The position numbers were made by a program, and so were the translations under genes. Shown here piece by piece: positions 29,183 to 38,539 of a DNA stretch of 64,000 nucleotides. Location: the NCBI GenBank assembly GCA_050015075.1, contig JBEKCB010000007.1, positions 64,001 through 128,000 on the forward strand, in the 5' to 3' direction. The DNA is from Candidatus Brocadiia bacterium (GTDB taxonomy: Bacteria; Planctomycetota; Brocadiia; CAIUPP01). The notes below the pieces were generated by a model. That model did not search any database. It had not been told where the DNA came from and saw only the letters and a list, made by a program, of their open reading frames with translations. The stretch's first letter is position 1. Every line of letters starts with the position of its first letter.

Positions 29183-29991
29183 GACGCCCTCGCGTTCCGC
29201 ATTTCAGCCATGCTCAAGTCCAAGTCCACGAAATTGTGAGGCGGGAACGGCCCGCTGATATCGAACGTATAGGTGTCGTCGAACTGGCTGGCCGACTGGA
29301 GAACGGCGTTCTCGAACTCCGCCTGCGCGGTTTTCGCGATGAGGCAGACCAGGTTCATCACCTCGCGTTCCTCCCGCAGCTTGTTCTCCTTGATCTCGGA
29401 GCATCCGTTGCGCAGGGCGCCGATCACGCTCCGCGTGTGATGCGCTTGCTCGCGGGTGAGCATCCGCTCGAACAGCCGGCCGAGGTTGATCTTCTCCTCG
29501 GCGGAAGGCTCGCACCCGGGGCGGAACAACCTGTCCCGGAACTCGCGCAGTTCCCCGCACACATTGATGAAGTGCTCGAAGATGTTGGGGACGTTCCAGG
29601 ACACCTTGAGCCCCATCTCCACCTTTCCCTCCACGCGCTTGAGCTGCTCGAGCAGCATGTCTTTATGGGACTGGAGAATCCGTTGAATGACCTCCTCGTT
29701 CTCCGCGATCGTTCCGAACGCCATCGGCAAGACGGCCCCTTGCCCCATGAGGCGTTTCAGCACGGCATAATGAATCGCCAGATTGCGGCGTTCGGGCCGC
29801 AGCGCGCAGTTGGGAACGTCGCTGACCACCGCGGCCACTCGTGCCTCGGAGACCAGGCGCACGCGGCCCCCGCCGAAGCCGAGGCAATCCTCGCCCCAGG
29901 GGAACCCGCCTCGCTCGCCGGCCGCGCCGTCCTTGTCATCTATGATTGCGTAGATGTATCGTCCGGTGGCATTTGCCTGTTCTACAGTCAT
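29173..29991 (-). CDS. gvpF: Gas vesicle protein GvpF/GvpL family
   Basis: YIYAII, H.AVL..LM...VLPMAFG, GKVEMGLKV, SGPFPPHNFV. Confidence 0.92.
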   Translation of the reverse strand: MTVEQANATGRYIYAIIDDKDGAAGERGGFPWGEDCLGFGGGRVRLVSEARVAAVVSDVPNCALRPERRNLAIHYAVLKRLMGQGAVLPMAFGTIAENEEVIQRILQSHKDMLLEQLKRVEGKVEMGLKVSWNVPNIFEHFINVCGELREFRDRLFRPGCEPSAEEKINLGRLFERMLTREQAHHTRSVIGALRNGCSEIKENKLREEREVMNLVCLIAKTAQAEFENAVLQSASQFDDTYTFDISGPFPPHNFVDLDLSMAEMRNARASCS

Positions 29992-30016
29992 GTCTCTTTG
30001 CTCCTAAGCAGTTCAG

Positions 30017-30370
30017 CTAGTACCTGAGCCTGAAGACGGGCCTGGGGGACCCCGGCGCGGCGTCCGGTGAACAACGGGAATCTTCGCGAGCTTTGCGCGT
30101 CTTGAGTGCTTTTCGGGGATCCTCGCGGGCCTTGCGCGCCTTGAGTGCTTTCAGGATCAGGGCCTGTTCCGCCTCGATTTCCCGGGAGCGATCGTCAATG
30201 CTCTTGACACGGCTCATCGCGCTCTGCCGTTCCTGCCCCCGGCGGAATTTTTCCAGTTCGAGAGAAGCGATCCGCATGTATCCGGTGTGGGGCTGGATCG
30301 TCTCCTCCGGCGCGCGGGAGTGTGTCCGAATGTCCCGAACACCTCTTGTCCGTCCTGCGGGTCTGGCCAT
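30017..30370 (-). CDS. Small basic coiled-coil gas-vesicle-associated protein
   Basis: Lies between gvpN and gvpF with an AAAGGA RBS; internal 13-aa tandem repeat KALK(A/T)RKARED(P/S)R. Confidence 0.75.
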   Translation of the reverse strand: MARPAGRTRGVRDIRTHSRAPEETIQPHTGYMRIASLELEKFRRGQERQSAMSRVKSIDDRSREIEAEQALILKALKARKAREDPRKALKTRKAREDSRCSPDAAPGSPRPVFRLRY

Positions 30371-30374
30371 GTGT

Positions 30375-31382
30375 TTATCCTTTCTCCCCGGCGGAGCAAT
30401 TCAGACGTTTCTTGTTGGTCCGCGGCGAGCAGATCCTCTCGATAGCATCCTGCACGCCGTTCGACATGAGTGACTCACCCGAACGCGTGACCTTTGCCAG
30501 TTCCAGATTGCTCAAAACGTCGTGGCAGACGGACTTGAACACGGGGTCGTCGTTGCGGGCATGGCCGCCGCGATGAACCAGGACACGAGCGATGGCGATG
30601 CACGACCGGATCGTCGGCCGGTGTTTTTTCTGTCCCAGGGCGCGCAGTTCCCTCGCGGTGTCCACGATATTCTCGGCATCTTCACGAGAGACGCCGGAGT
30701 GAGCGATCGTGATGCAGATTTCCGTCTCCCGATCATGGTGCTCCAGTTCAATCGTGATGAGTCTGTCCATCAAGGCGTCCTGGGTCTTGTGAGTTCCGGC
30801 ATACTCCTCGGGGTTCGAGGTGAAAATGGCGTGAAACTCCGGGTGCACCTCCATGTAGCCTTCACCGGACATCCGCAGGCTCGGAAGGTTCAGAATCCTT
30901 TCCGAGAGGACGCTGAGGAGGGCGTTGTTGGCCTCCGGCCTGGAGCGGTTGAACTCATCGTAGATCAGCGTGCAACCATTCTGGCAGGCCGTGGTGAGAC
31001 GGTTGTCCACCCACAGGGATTTCATTTCCTCCTCCGCTCTGAGGACGGAGTGGATGTAATTGTCCACGGTCCGGGACTTGCGGTAGCCGGAGTTCCTGCC
31101 GATGAGGTCGGAGCTGCCGAACTCGTCGTCCCCATGGATGAGGATGACCGGCCTTCCGAGCCGTGCCGCGATGTGAAAAGCGAGGGTGGTTTTCCCTGTC
31201 CCGGCGGTTCCGGCGAAGTGAACCGGGTATCCCACCTCGAGGTAGGCGAGCGCGCGATCCGTCAGGGACTCAATCGCCGGCGTGATCACGAACTCCTCGC
31301 TGCGCTCGGGCAGTATGCCGTCCTCCATCGGCGACACTCGGACTGTGGCCGATGAGGTGCAGGTTGCTTCTTTATTGAGCAT
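30375..31382 (-). CDS. gvpN: Gas vesicle AAA+ ATPase GvpN
   Basis: GYPVHFAGTAGTGKTTLA, VDNYIHSV, WVDNRLT, YDEFNRSRPEANN, TSNPEEYAG; start approximate. Confidence 0.96.
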   Translation of the reverse strand: MLNKEATCTSSATVRVSPMEDGILPERSEEFVITPAIESLTDRALAYLEVGYPVHFAGTAGTGKTTLAFHIAARLGRPVILIHGDDEFGSSDLIGRNSGYRKSRTVDNYIHSVLRAEEEMKSLWVDNRLTTACQNGCTLIYDEFNRSRPEANNALLSVLSERILNLPSLRMSGEGYMEVHPEFHAIFTSNPEEYAGTHKTQDALMDRLITIELEHHDRETEICITIAHSGVSREDAENIVDTARELRALGQKKHRPTIRSCIAIARVLVHRGGHARNDDPVFKSVCHDVLSNLELAKVTRSGESLMSNGVQDAIERICSPRTNKKRLNCSAGEKG

Positions 31383-31517
31383 CTCGATCAACTTCCTACC
31401 CACCCTTTCTAGGGGGTTCTTTTTCTCGGCCGGACGACGGATACACTCCCTCAATTCCTCCGGTAAGACGCGCGACCTCATTCCTGATCCGGCTCGCCCG
31501 TACGGAGCGAGGATTCC

Positions 31518-31886
31518 TCACGCCTTGTTCTTGTGCTTCCTGGAATGCTCCACCTTCTTGACGGGAACGCGAACGGACGAGCCATGTCCGCTCCACGCCA
31601 CGCGCGCTCCGGCCAGGTCGGCGGCGAACTCGCGCCTCACTCCCAGCGCCCTCTTCTCCAGGTCTCCCACGGTGTGCTTGAGTTCGGCGAGGAACGCCTG
31701 GCTCTCCGCCTTCATCGTGCGCGCCATGTGCTCTCGACCGTTACGGAAGTCCGTCTGCATCCGCTGAACGCCATCGCGCAGATCCGATACCTTGCTCGTG
31801 AGTTCCCGCATGAACGTGGTGCGCGCCTCGCGGAGCGTCCCGATCTCGCGGGCCAGGCTTGCCATTTCCCGTGTCATCTGATCCAT
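31518..31886 (-). CDS. gvpC: GvpC-like helical gas vesicle reinforcing protein
   Basis: Position between gvpA and gvpN; repetitive amphipathic helix (R..F..EL...V.DL); AAGGAG RBS. Confidence 0.6.
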   Translation of the reverse strand: MDQMTREMASLAREIGTLREARTTFMRELTSKVSDLRDGVQRMQTDFRNGREHMARTMKAESQAFLAELKHTVGDLEKRALGVRREFAADLAGARVAWSGHGSSVRVPVKKVEHSRKHKNKA

Positions 31887-31971
31887 TTTCAACTCCTTTG
31901 TTTGCTGGAATCCTCAAGTGACCTTCTTTCTCGTTGTCCGCCGAACCGCTGGAGGCCGCATCACCAGAGTA

Positions 31972-32002
31972 CCGGGAGGGGACTTAGGCGTTCCCCTCCC
32001 GG
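31972..32002 (-). terminator. 11-bp GC stem-loop just downstream of gvpA (attenuator or mRNA-stabilising hairpin)
   Basis: ccgggagggga-N9-tcccctcccgg, no long U-tract. Confidence 0.7.
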
Positions 32003-32025
32003 CAATCTCCTGGTTACGCGACGAC

Positions 32026-32244
32026 TTAGGCCGGCGCTGCGGCGGTGGCGGTAAGACCGATCGCCTCGGCGTACTTCAGATACGTCTCGACAGAAGCGAT
32101 CACCACGCGTGCCTCGATGGACAAGAGTTCAATGCCGACGAGCGACACCTTCACCCACGCGTCAATGACGATGCCTTTGTCCAGGATGCGGTCCACGACT
32201 TCCGCCAAACTCGAACTGTCAGTCGATTTCTGCACATTAGCCAT
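32026..32244 (-). CDS. gvpA: Major gas vesicle structural protein GvpA
   Basis: [64 protein letters not shown]; GAGGAGGT RBS. Confidence 0.98.
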   Translation of the reverse strand: MANVQKSTDSSSLAEVVDRILDKGIVIDAWVKVSLVGIELLSIEARVVIASVETYLKYAEAIGLTATAAAPA

Positions 32245-32334
32245 GTATGTCACCTCCTCTCGGAGCCTTCTAAAGTTCAGTTGCCCAGGAGGAAGGAGTG
32301 AGCCTTCGTCTCCCTGGCATCTTCTAACTAGAAG

Positions 32335-32350
32335 AGCAATTGATGTGCCG
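32335..32350 (-). promoter_or_regulatory. sigma54 (-24/-12) promoter of the gvpA operon
   Basis: Minus strand CGGCACATCAATTGCT = GG-N10-GC consensus, ~90 bp upstream of gvpA; an enhancer-binding protein is encoded in the cluster. Confidence 0.85.
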
Positions 32351-32612
32351 TGGACCACAATACTTTTGGAATACGAAGATCGGCTCGCGGTAAGGCCGTT
32401 GGAGAGTTAGGCGCGAGGAAAGCGAGGCTTCGGTGTGTCGCCGCTATGGAATGGGTTCCCTGCTCTGGAAATGCCTCCACACTCCTGGCGCCACGTCTTG
32501 CAGATCCTCGCAGGATTTCTGAAATGCTGTGCTTGGTCTTCCATTCTCGCGCGAAGAAACTGCGTGATGTTGCGTCTGTTGGGAGGCCCCGCGATCAAGG
32601 GCGTTGTTCCGC

Positions 32613-33317
32613 TCACACGCGGAGGAGAGGCGCGCTGTCGAGGGCCGCAAAGCTGTACGGAGGCCATGGGCCGGTCAGGAGGAGTTTTTCGATGGTCTGT
32701 TGCTGAAGGCGGCGAAAGGCGTCACGGAAGCGCTCCGTGTCCGACCGTCGAACGAGAAATTGGAACGAGAGAATCGGCGTGTCGCCGTATGAGAGTGGAG
32801 TCATCTTGCATTTAAGAAAAAGCCCATCGAAAGGCCGCTGCATGCGGTCGGCGGCTTGCAGGAGTTCCCGGCGCTTGGCGTCCTGGCCGGCGTAATAAGC
32901 CTTCCGAGATGCCAGGTAGGCGCGGGTGCGCGAAACCGGCTCTCCCGCGCCGGCTTCGGCAGCGGATGCGGCGGTCACCCTGCAGAGAACCCGCAGCCCC
33001 ATCTCGGCGCACCCTTGCAGCGCGGCCAGAGAGGCCCGGAATTCCTCTACGTGATCCTGCAGGAGCGCATGAACCTCCGCTTCGGTCCGGAACCCTGTGC
33101 CGCAGCGCATCGGCAGCACCGTGCAGACCTCATGCAGCATCTGCACGACCTCCGCATGGCGCTTGGGGTCCGGCGGAGCGTCGGCGGGAGCTATGGAAAC
33201 GGCCGCCGCCAGGCCGCCGTTCGCAATCAGGCAGACCGACGCGCCCTCCGCCAGGGCGGAAAGTCGCGGCTCGGCATACTCCGCCGGGCGGAGGACTCCG
33301 TACAGGACGTACTTCAT
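32613..33317 (-). CDS. GvpF/GvpL-family protein
   Basis: YVLYGV, HAEVV..LH..CTVLPMRCG, EMGLRV, TGPWPPYSF; TGATG coupling to the upstream gene. Confidence 0.88.
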   Translation of the reverse strand: MKYVLYGVLRPAEYAEPRLSALAEGASVCLIANGGLAAAVSIAPADAPPDPKRHAEVVQMLHEVCTVLPMRCGTGFRTEAEVHALLQDHVEEFRASLAALQGCAEMGLRVLCRVTAASAAEAGAGEPVSRTRAYLASRKAYYAGQDAKRRELLQAADRMQRPFDGLFLKCKMTPLSYGDTPILSFQFLVRRSDTERFRDAFRRLQQQTIEKLLLTGPWPPYSFAALDSAPLLRV

Positions 33318-34213
33318 CAGGGTGTTTCTGCGATGGAAGGACAGAAGCTGTAGGGCGGCCACGGGCCCGACAATTCAACCGTGATGCCCCGCCCTCGGCG
33401 GGCCGCGTTGAGGCTCTCGACATGGGCCTGGAAGTTCGTGATGCTGTCGCGGCCCAGCAGGAACGCGCAGTTGAGGATCATCTCTTCCCTTCTTCCAGAG
33501 ACGCTCCGCGGCTGAAGGCGCAGCGGGCAAGTCTTGTGGGCTTGGTCCTTCAATTCGTTCCTAACCTGCTCGGCGGCCGCCGGCCAACCCTGTCGAGCCT
33601 TCTTGTCCGCCCGAAGATGAAGGTGTCTCTCATGCAAGTAACGCGCGCCGGGTGAACTGGGAGCGCGCTTGCGTTTCTGCGCGAATTCCGGGTCGGAGCC
33701 GAGCAGCCAGTCCCGGCTCTTATCCATATCCGCAAAGCACTTGACGGACCATTCCTGTTTGTCCGACAGAAGATCCAGGAACCCGGAAATCTCCGGGCCT
33801 TTCCTGTCCAGCAGGTCCATGAGGACCTGCGTCGAGGTAAACATGGAGCCGAACCTCACGGGGAGAACCGGGGAGCGTTCCATGACCTCTTCGATGACCC
33901 GCTCGTGCCGGCAGACCCTCGGCAACACCCAGGCCGGATTCTCGAGTCGGCTCCACGCGCCGTCGCCGACGAATTCCGGGAGCGAAACGGGGCTGAAAAC
34001 AGCCGTGATACCCTTGACGCTGAGACCGTTCACCGGTTGGGATTCGTCAACCCCGATGCACATAATGCCTTCTACGGCCTGCGCGCGGGCAAAACAGTAG
34101 AGGTAGAACCCTATGTCTTTAATGGCGGAGCCGGACGGCTGTGCGGACTCACGCACTCGGGTGGTTTGCACGGGCTTCCTCCAGCGCATGGGAGATGTGT
34201 TCTCGCGTGACAC
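33317..34213 (-). CDS. GvpF/GvpL-family protein
   Basis: YLYCF, HERVIEEVM..SPVLPVRFG, EWSVK, SPGARYL, SGPWPPYSF; start uncertain. Confidence 0.9.
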   Translation of the reverse strand: MSRENTSPMRWRKPVQTTRVRESAQPSGSAIKDIGFYLYCFARAQAVEGIMCIGVDESQPVNGLSVKGITAVFSPVSLPEFVGDGAWSRLENPAWVLPRVCRHERVIEEVMERSPVLPVRFGSMFTSTQVLMDLLDRKGPEISGFLDLLSDKQEWSVKCFADMDKSRDWLLGSDPEFAQKRKRAPSSPGARYLHERHLHLRADKKARQGWPAAAEQVRNELKDQAHKTCPLRLQPRSVSGRREEMILNCAFLLGRDSITNFQAHVESLNAARRGRGITVELSGPWPPYSFCPSIAETP

Positions 34214-36302
34214 TCACGGGCCAGTCCTTTTCCGCCGTATCGCCGTGCTCCGTGTCGATGGCCTGGCGGACGGCTTCGAGGGAGGCGCGGCGGCACACGC
34301 CCTGAATCTCCGCGCCGCTGAACCCTTCGGTCTCGGCCGCCAGTTCACTCGCGGACACGTCGCCTGCGATGGGCTTGCCGTGCAGGCCGATCTCAAATAT
34401 CTGCCGGCGTCCGTCTTCATCGGGCGGTGGAATATTGAGCAATATGTCGAACCGGCCGGGACGCAGGAGCGCGGGGTCCAGCAGGTCCGGCCGATTCGTT
34501 GCGGCCAGGACGAGCACTCCCTCCAATTCCTCCACGCCGTCCAACTCCGTGAGGAACTGGCTGATGACGCGTTCAGTGACCTGCGAATCCGACCCCTTGG
34601 ATCCGCGGGTCGGAACGAGGGCGTCAATTTCGTCGAAGAACAGAATACAGGAAGCCGCCTGCTTGGCTTTACGGAAAACGTCGCGGACCGCCCTTTCCGA
34701 TTCCCCAACGTACATGGAAAGGAGCGCCGGTCCTTTCACGGAGATGAAGTTCACCTGGCTCTCATTGGCCACGGCCTTCGCCAGCAGCGTTTTGCCGCAG
34801 CCCGGAGGACCGGACAGGAGGATGCCCTTGGGCGGGTTGACGGAGGCGCGCGCGAAGAGGTCCGGGTGCTTCAAAGGCCACTCGACGGACTCGATCAACT
34901 GTTTCTTCACGTCCTCCAGGCCGCCCACGTCGGCCCAGCGGACATCGGGGATCTCGACGAAGACCTCGCGTATGGCGGAAGGCTCGACCTCTCGAAGGGC
35001 GTCTGTGAAGTCGGACATGTGGACCTCGAGCTTCATCAGCGCGTCGTACGGAATGTTCGCTGCCGCAAAGTCAATCTCGGGCATGATGCGGCGCAGGCAG
35101 ATCATGGCCGCCTCGCGGCAGAGGGATTGAAGGTCTGCGCCGACGAAGCCGTGCGTGATCCCCGCCAGTTGGCCCACGTCAACGTCCTGGGCGAGAGGCA
35201 TTCCGCGGCTGTGAATTTCGAGTATTTCCTTCCGGCCGTTGCGGTCGGGAATCGGCAGGGATATCTCGCGGTCGAATCGCCCGGGCCGCCGCAAGGCGGG
35301 GTCCAGCGCGTCGGGAATGTTCGTGGCGGCGATGACCATCACGTGCTCCCGCTGGGCCAGGCCGTCCATAAGGGCCAGGAGCTGAGCGACGACGCGCTTC
35401 TCCACGTCGCCGACCACCTTCTCCCGTTTGGGCGCGATGGCGTCAATCTCATCAATGAAGATGATGCTCGGCGCCTGCCGGGTCGCCTCCTCGAAAATCT
35501 TGCGCAGATTGGCCTCGCTCTCCCCGTAGAACTTGTGGATGATCTCGGGGCCGTTGACCAGGAAAAAGTTGGCATCCGTCTCGTGAACGACGGCGCGCGC
35601 AATGAGGGTTTTGCCGCAGCCGGGCGGCCCGTGCAGGAGCACGCCTTTGGGCGCGCCGATGCCCAGCCGCTCGAAGACCTCAGGGTATCGCAGCGGCAGT
35701 TCGATAATTTCCCGGATCCGGAGGACCTCGCGTTTCAAGCCTCCGATGTCTTCGTAGGATACCGTGTGCGCCTTTTCCTTGCCCGGGGCCCGCTTCACCA
35801 CCTCCAGCGTGGTCGCCGAGTTGATCACGACCGGTCCGGACGGAACCGTGGAGACGACCTTGAAGTCGGCGGACCGCGTGCCGAAGAGCGTGGCGCGGAT
35901 GCGGTCTTCCTCGACCACCGGTATGCCGTCGAGGAGGCGGCCGATGTATTCCAGGTCCCGGTCGCGCGGAGTGATCGTGATGGGCGATAACTCTACGCTC
36001 GTGGCCGGCTTGGCGACGATTTTGCGGACCTCCACAAGCTGATCCAGGCCGATCCCCGCGTTCTCCCGGGTCACGCCGTCCACCTGAATCCGCGAGGCTC
36101 CGCGATCTTCGCGATACGCCGGCATCGCCTTGGCGACCGTCTTCCGCTTGCCGGCAACCTCAACGATGTCGCCGACCTTCAGTTGGAGTGTCTCCATGTC
36201 CGAAGGGTCGAAGCGGGCCAGCGCGCGGCCGACGTCTTTCCCCAGGGCTTCCGAGACTCGTAGTTTGAGAGCGCCGTTGCCTCTGCCGTCCATGTGCGTC
36301 AT
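34149..36302 (-). CDS. CDC48/p97/VAT-family double-ring AAA+ ATPase
   Basis: N domain (DVGRALARFD), two AAA modules GPPGCGKTL, YEDIGGL, ALRRPGRFDRE, WADVGGLEDVK. Confidence 0.95.
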   Translation of the reverse strand: MTHMDGRGNGALKLRVSEALGKDVGRALARFDPSDMETLQLKVGDIVEVAGKRKTVAKAMPAYREDRGASRIQVDGVTRENAGIGLDQLVEVRKIVAKPATSVELSPITITPRDRDLEYIGRLLDGIPVVEEDRIRATLFGTRSADFKVVSTVPSGPVVINSATTLEVVKRAPGKEKAHTVSYEDIGGLKREVLRIREIIELPLRYPEVFERLGIGAPKGVLLHGPPGCGKTLIARAVVHETDANFFLVNGPEIIHKFYGESEANLRKIFEEATRQAPSIIFIDEIDAIAPKREKVVGDVEKRVVAQLLALMDGLAQREHVMVIAATNIPDALDPALRRPGRFDREISLPIPDRNGRKEILEIHSRGMPLAQDVDVGQLAGITHGFVGADLQSLCREAAMICLRRIMPEIDFAAANIPYDALMKLEVHMSDFTDALREVEPSAIREVFVEIPDVRWADVGGLEDVKKQLIESVEWPLKHPDLFARASVNPPKGILLSGPPGCGKTLLAKAVANESQVNFISVKGPALLSMYVGESERAVRDVFRKAKQAASCILFFDEIDALVPTRGSKGSDSQVTERVISQFLTELDGVEELEGVLVLAATNRPDLLDPALLRPGRFDILLNIPPPDEDGRRQIFEIGLHGKPIAGDVSASELAAETEGFSGAEIQGVCRRASLEAVRQAIDTEHGDTAEKDWPVSVTREHISHALEEARANHPSA

Positions 36303-36808
36303 CGTTTGGGAGCGTCTTTCATGAATTTGACTTCAAGAATGCCGTTACGGCACGTGTGGCTCATGTTCGCCGGCAGAAAAGCCGACGGCAGAAGCACCTC
36401 CTTGCGATATTTCTGGTCCCCTTTCTCCGCGGCGATGGTCAGGATGTCGTCCCGCAGTTCAAGCTGGACGTCGCCGGATCCCATCCCCGGCATTTCGACC
36501 AGGACGAGGACATGATCCGCCTCGTCGAACAGGTCTACCAGGGGTTCACGCACGGGGTGGACGACGGCTTTGCCGGTCTTCTCGTCCTTCCGAAGATTGC
36601 CGAAACGTTCGACTTTGATTCCTTCATTGCCGATTCCGACGCGAATTGAATACCCGACAACGCCGCGGGTTTGTCCGGTCGCGGGGTCGCGGATGTCCTT
36701 AGTCTCGTGAAGTTCCTTTCCCGATTCCGCCAACTCAGAAAGTTTTTCGAGGATTGTGCCCAGTCTGTCCACGATTCCGCTGGAGCCCATGAGGTCATTC
36801 TCCTCCAA
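36299..36808 (-). CDS. Hsp20/alpha-crystallin protein (GvpH-like)
   Basis: REPLVDLFDE, VEMPG, YRKEVLLP, NGILEV (archaeal-type sHsp pattern). Confidence 0.88.
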   Translation of the reverse strand: MEENDLMGSSGIVDRLGTILEKLSELAESGKELHETKDIRDPATGQTRGVVGYSIRVGIGNEGIKVERFGNLRKDEKTGKAVVHPVREPLVDLFDEADHVLVLVEMPGMGSGDVQLELRDDILTIAAEKGDQKYRKEVLLPSAFLPANMSHTCRNGILEVKFMKDAPKR

Positions 36809-36816
36809 GATTTGTT

Positions 36817-37896
36817 TTACATCGTTTGCCGTGTCGCATTGACATCCTCCACTCCAGCAAATGAAATGCCATAGCTCTTGATTTTCCCGTGCAGGGTCTT
36901 GTAATCCACTTTCAACAGACGCGCCGCCCTGGCTTTGTTTCCTCGCGTCTGCCTCAGGACCTGAATGAGAACACTCCGCTCAACGTTAGCGACAGCATGG
37001 TGGACGACTTCCTTGAGAGAGAGACTGCCGTCAAACTCCGCGCCACTATCGGGCTGAGCAAGGTTCGTCACGGAACTACCGTCCGTCAGGTGCAGATGTT
37101 CCGGAAGAATCTCCTTCTCCGCCACGAGCACCGCGGATCGGATGGCGTTGCGTAATTCCCGGACATTCCCAGGCCAGGAGTACACGAGGAGTATCTGCAA
37201 AGCGGGGCGCGACAGCGTGATGGTTTTGTTCATTTCTTCGTTGGCGATGCGAAGGAAACGGTTTGCGAGATACTCGATGTCCTCCTTGCGTTTGCGCAAC
37301 GGCGGGATCACGATGTTGAACTCGTTCAAGCGGTGATAAAGGTCGCGCCGGAATTTCTCCGCGTGCACCAGCGCAAGCAGGTCATCATTGGTGGCCACAA
37401 TGAGGCGGGGATTAACTGCAACCGGCTGCGTTCCACCCACGCGGAAGACTTGTTGTTCCTGCAATGCACGAAGCAATTTCGGCTGCAGATCAAGCGGGAG
37501 ATTTGATATCTCATCGAGAAACAGCGTGCCCCCTGTGGCAATTTCAAACTTTCCCAACTTGACTCGGTCTGCGCCCGTGAACGCTCCCTTCTCGTGGCCG
37601 AACAATTCCGACTCGAGCAGCGTGGGGGAAATTGAGCCGCAGTCCATGGGAATGAAAGGGCCTGTGTCGTAAGGGGGAGAACGATGGAGCGCGTTGGCAA
37701 TGACCTCTTTGCCGGTGCCGGTTTCACCGCAAATGACCACCGTTAGCGACGTAGATACAACGAGCTTCACCTGCCCACAGATGCGGGATACGTGCGTGCT
37801 CGGCCCCATCATATGGTGCAAAAAGGAATCGGCGTCCACTTCCAAGCCAGCCAGCGTGAAGTGCTCAGTATCAGTCGAGCGCATATTTGTCAACAT
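36817..37896 (-). CDS. sigma54 enhancer-binding protein (AAA+-Fis HTH) lacking a receiver domain
   Basis: GETGTGKE, ESELFGHEKGAFTGA, WPGNVREL, GNKARAARLL; only ~30 aa precede the AAA domain. Confidence 0.93.
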   Translation of the reverse strand: MLTNMRSTDTEHFTLAGLEVDADSFLHHMMGPSTHVSRICGQVKLVVSTSLTVVICGETGTGKEVIANALHRSPPYDTGPFIPMDCGSISPTLLESELFGHEKGAFTGADRVKLGKFEIATGGTLFLDEISNLPLDLQPKLLRALQEQQVFRVGGTQPVAVNPRLIVATNDDLLALVHAEKFRRDLYHRLNEFNIVIPPLRKRKEDIEYLANRFLRIANEEMNKTITLSRPALQILLVYSWPGNVRELRNAIRSAVLVAEKEILPEHLHLTDGSSVTNLAQPDSGAEFDGSLSLKEVVHHAVANVERSVLIQVLRQTRGNKARAARLLKVDYKTLHGKIKSYGISFAGVEDVNATRQTM

Positions 37897-37897
37897 A

Positions 37898-38539
37898 TTA
37901 ACAGGGCGCTAAAAAAACCTTTTTGGACCACACAGAGGCAGTCTCTGCAGATAGTTGTGTAACCCGGATGTCGTCCGGAAGACGGCCGTTGAGCGAATGA
38001 AGCATTCCCAGGAAGATGAGGCCTGTTTCACCCTGTTTCAGAGTCTGGCCGATCCGTTCTGCGATGTAATGGTCGCGCATGTCGAGGATGCGTCTATTGC
38101 GTTCCACGCATTCAGCCGACTTTCCGTTCCGGGCGGAAGCGCCCGGAGCCAGAAGCTGCCGGGCCAGTTCATATTCCTGGATGAGCAACTCCGGAGACTC
38201 GGTGCCGGTTAATTGGGCGCCGCGTTCCATGAGCTTCAGCAGGAGCTGATGATTGAAGCTTCCGGACTTGGCTATCGTGTGGACGATCTCCACTTCACGG
38301 CCGCAGTTCGGCAAGCCGTCCTGATAAAGCCGCACTCGCTCCCAGGCCAGGCGGAGGTTCCCGATCACTTCCTGAACTTTGGTCCAGAATTCGCGGATAT
38401 CTTTGACATGCCGCTCCCATTTGGCCTGGCCCATGCGTTTTACATAGGCCTGCCGAACCAGTTTGCTCATCTTTCCGAAGTCGGCTTCGGTGTGAACCAC
38501 GGGTACCCAGATTAGTTTTCTCGTCAAATGATCGTTCAT
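37898..38539 (-). CDS. Gas-vesicle-cluster-associated hypothetical protein
   Basis: Clean ORF with motifs PVVHT..D.G, YQDGLP.CG.E, GTESPELL, RD.YIA.RI, FLG.LH; first gene of the regulator operon. Confidence 0.8.
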   Translation of the reverse strand: MNDHLTRKLIWVPVVHTEADFGKMSKLVRQAYVKRMGQAKWERHVKDIREFWTKVQEVIGNLRLAWERVRLYQDGLPNCGREVEIVHTIAKSGSFNHQLLLKLMERGAQLTGTESPELLIQEYELARQLLAPGASARNGKSAECVERNRRILDMRDHYIAERIGQTLKQGETGLIFLGMLHSLNGRLPDDIRVTQLSAETASVWSKKVFLAPC

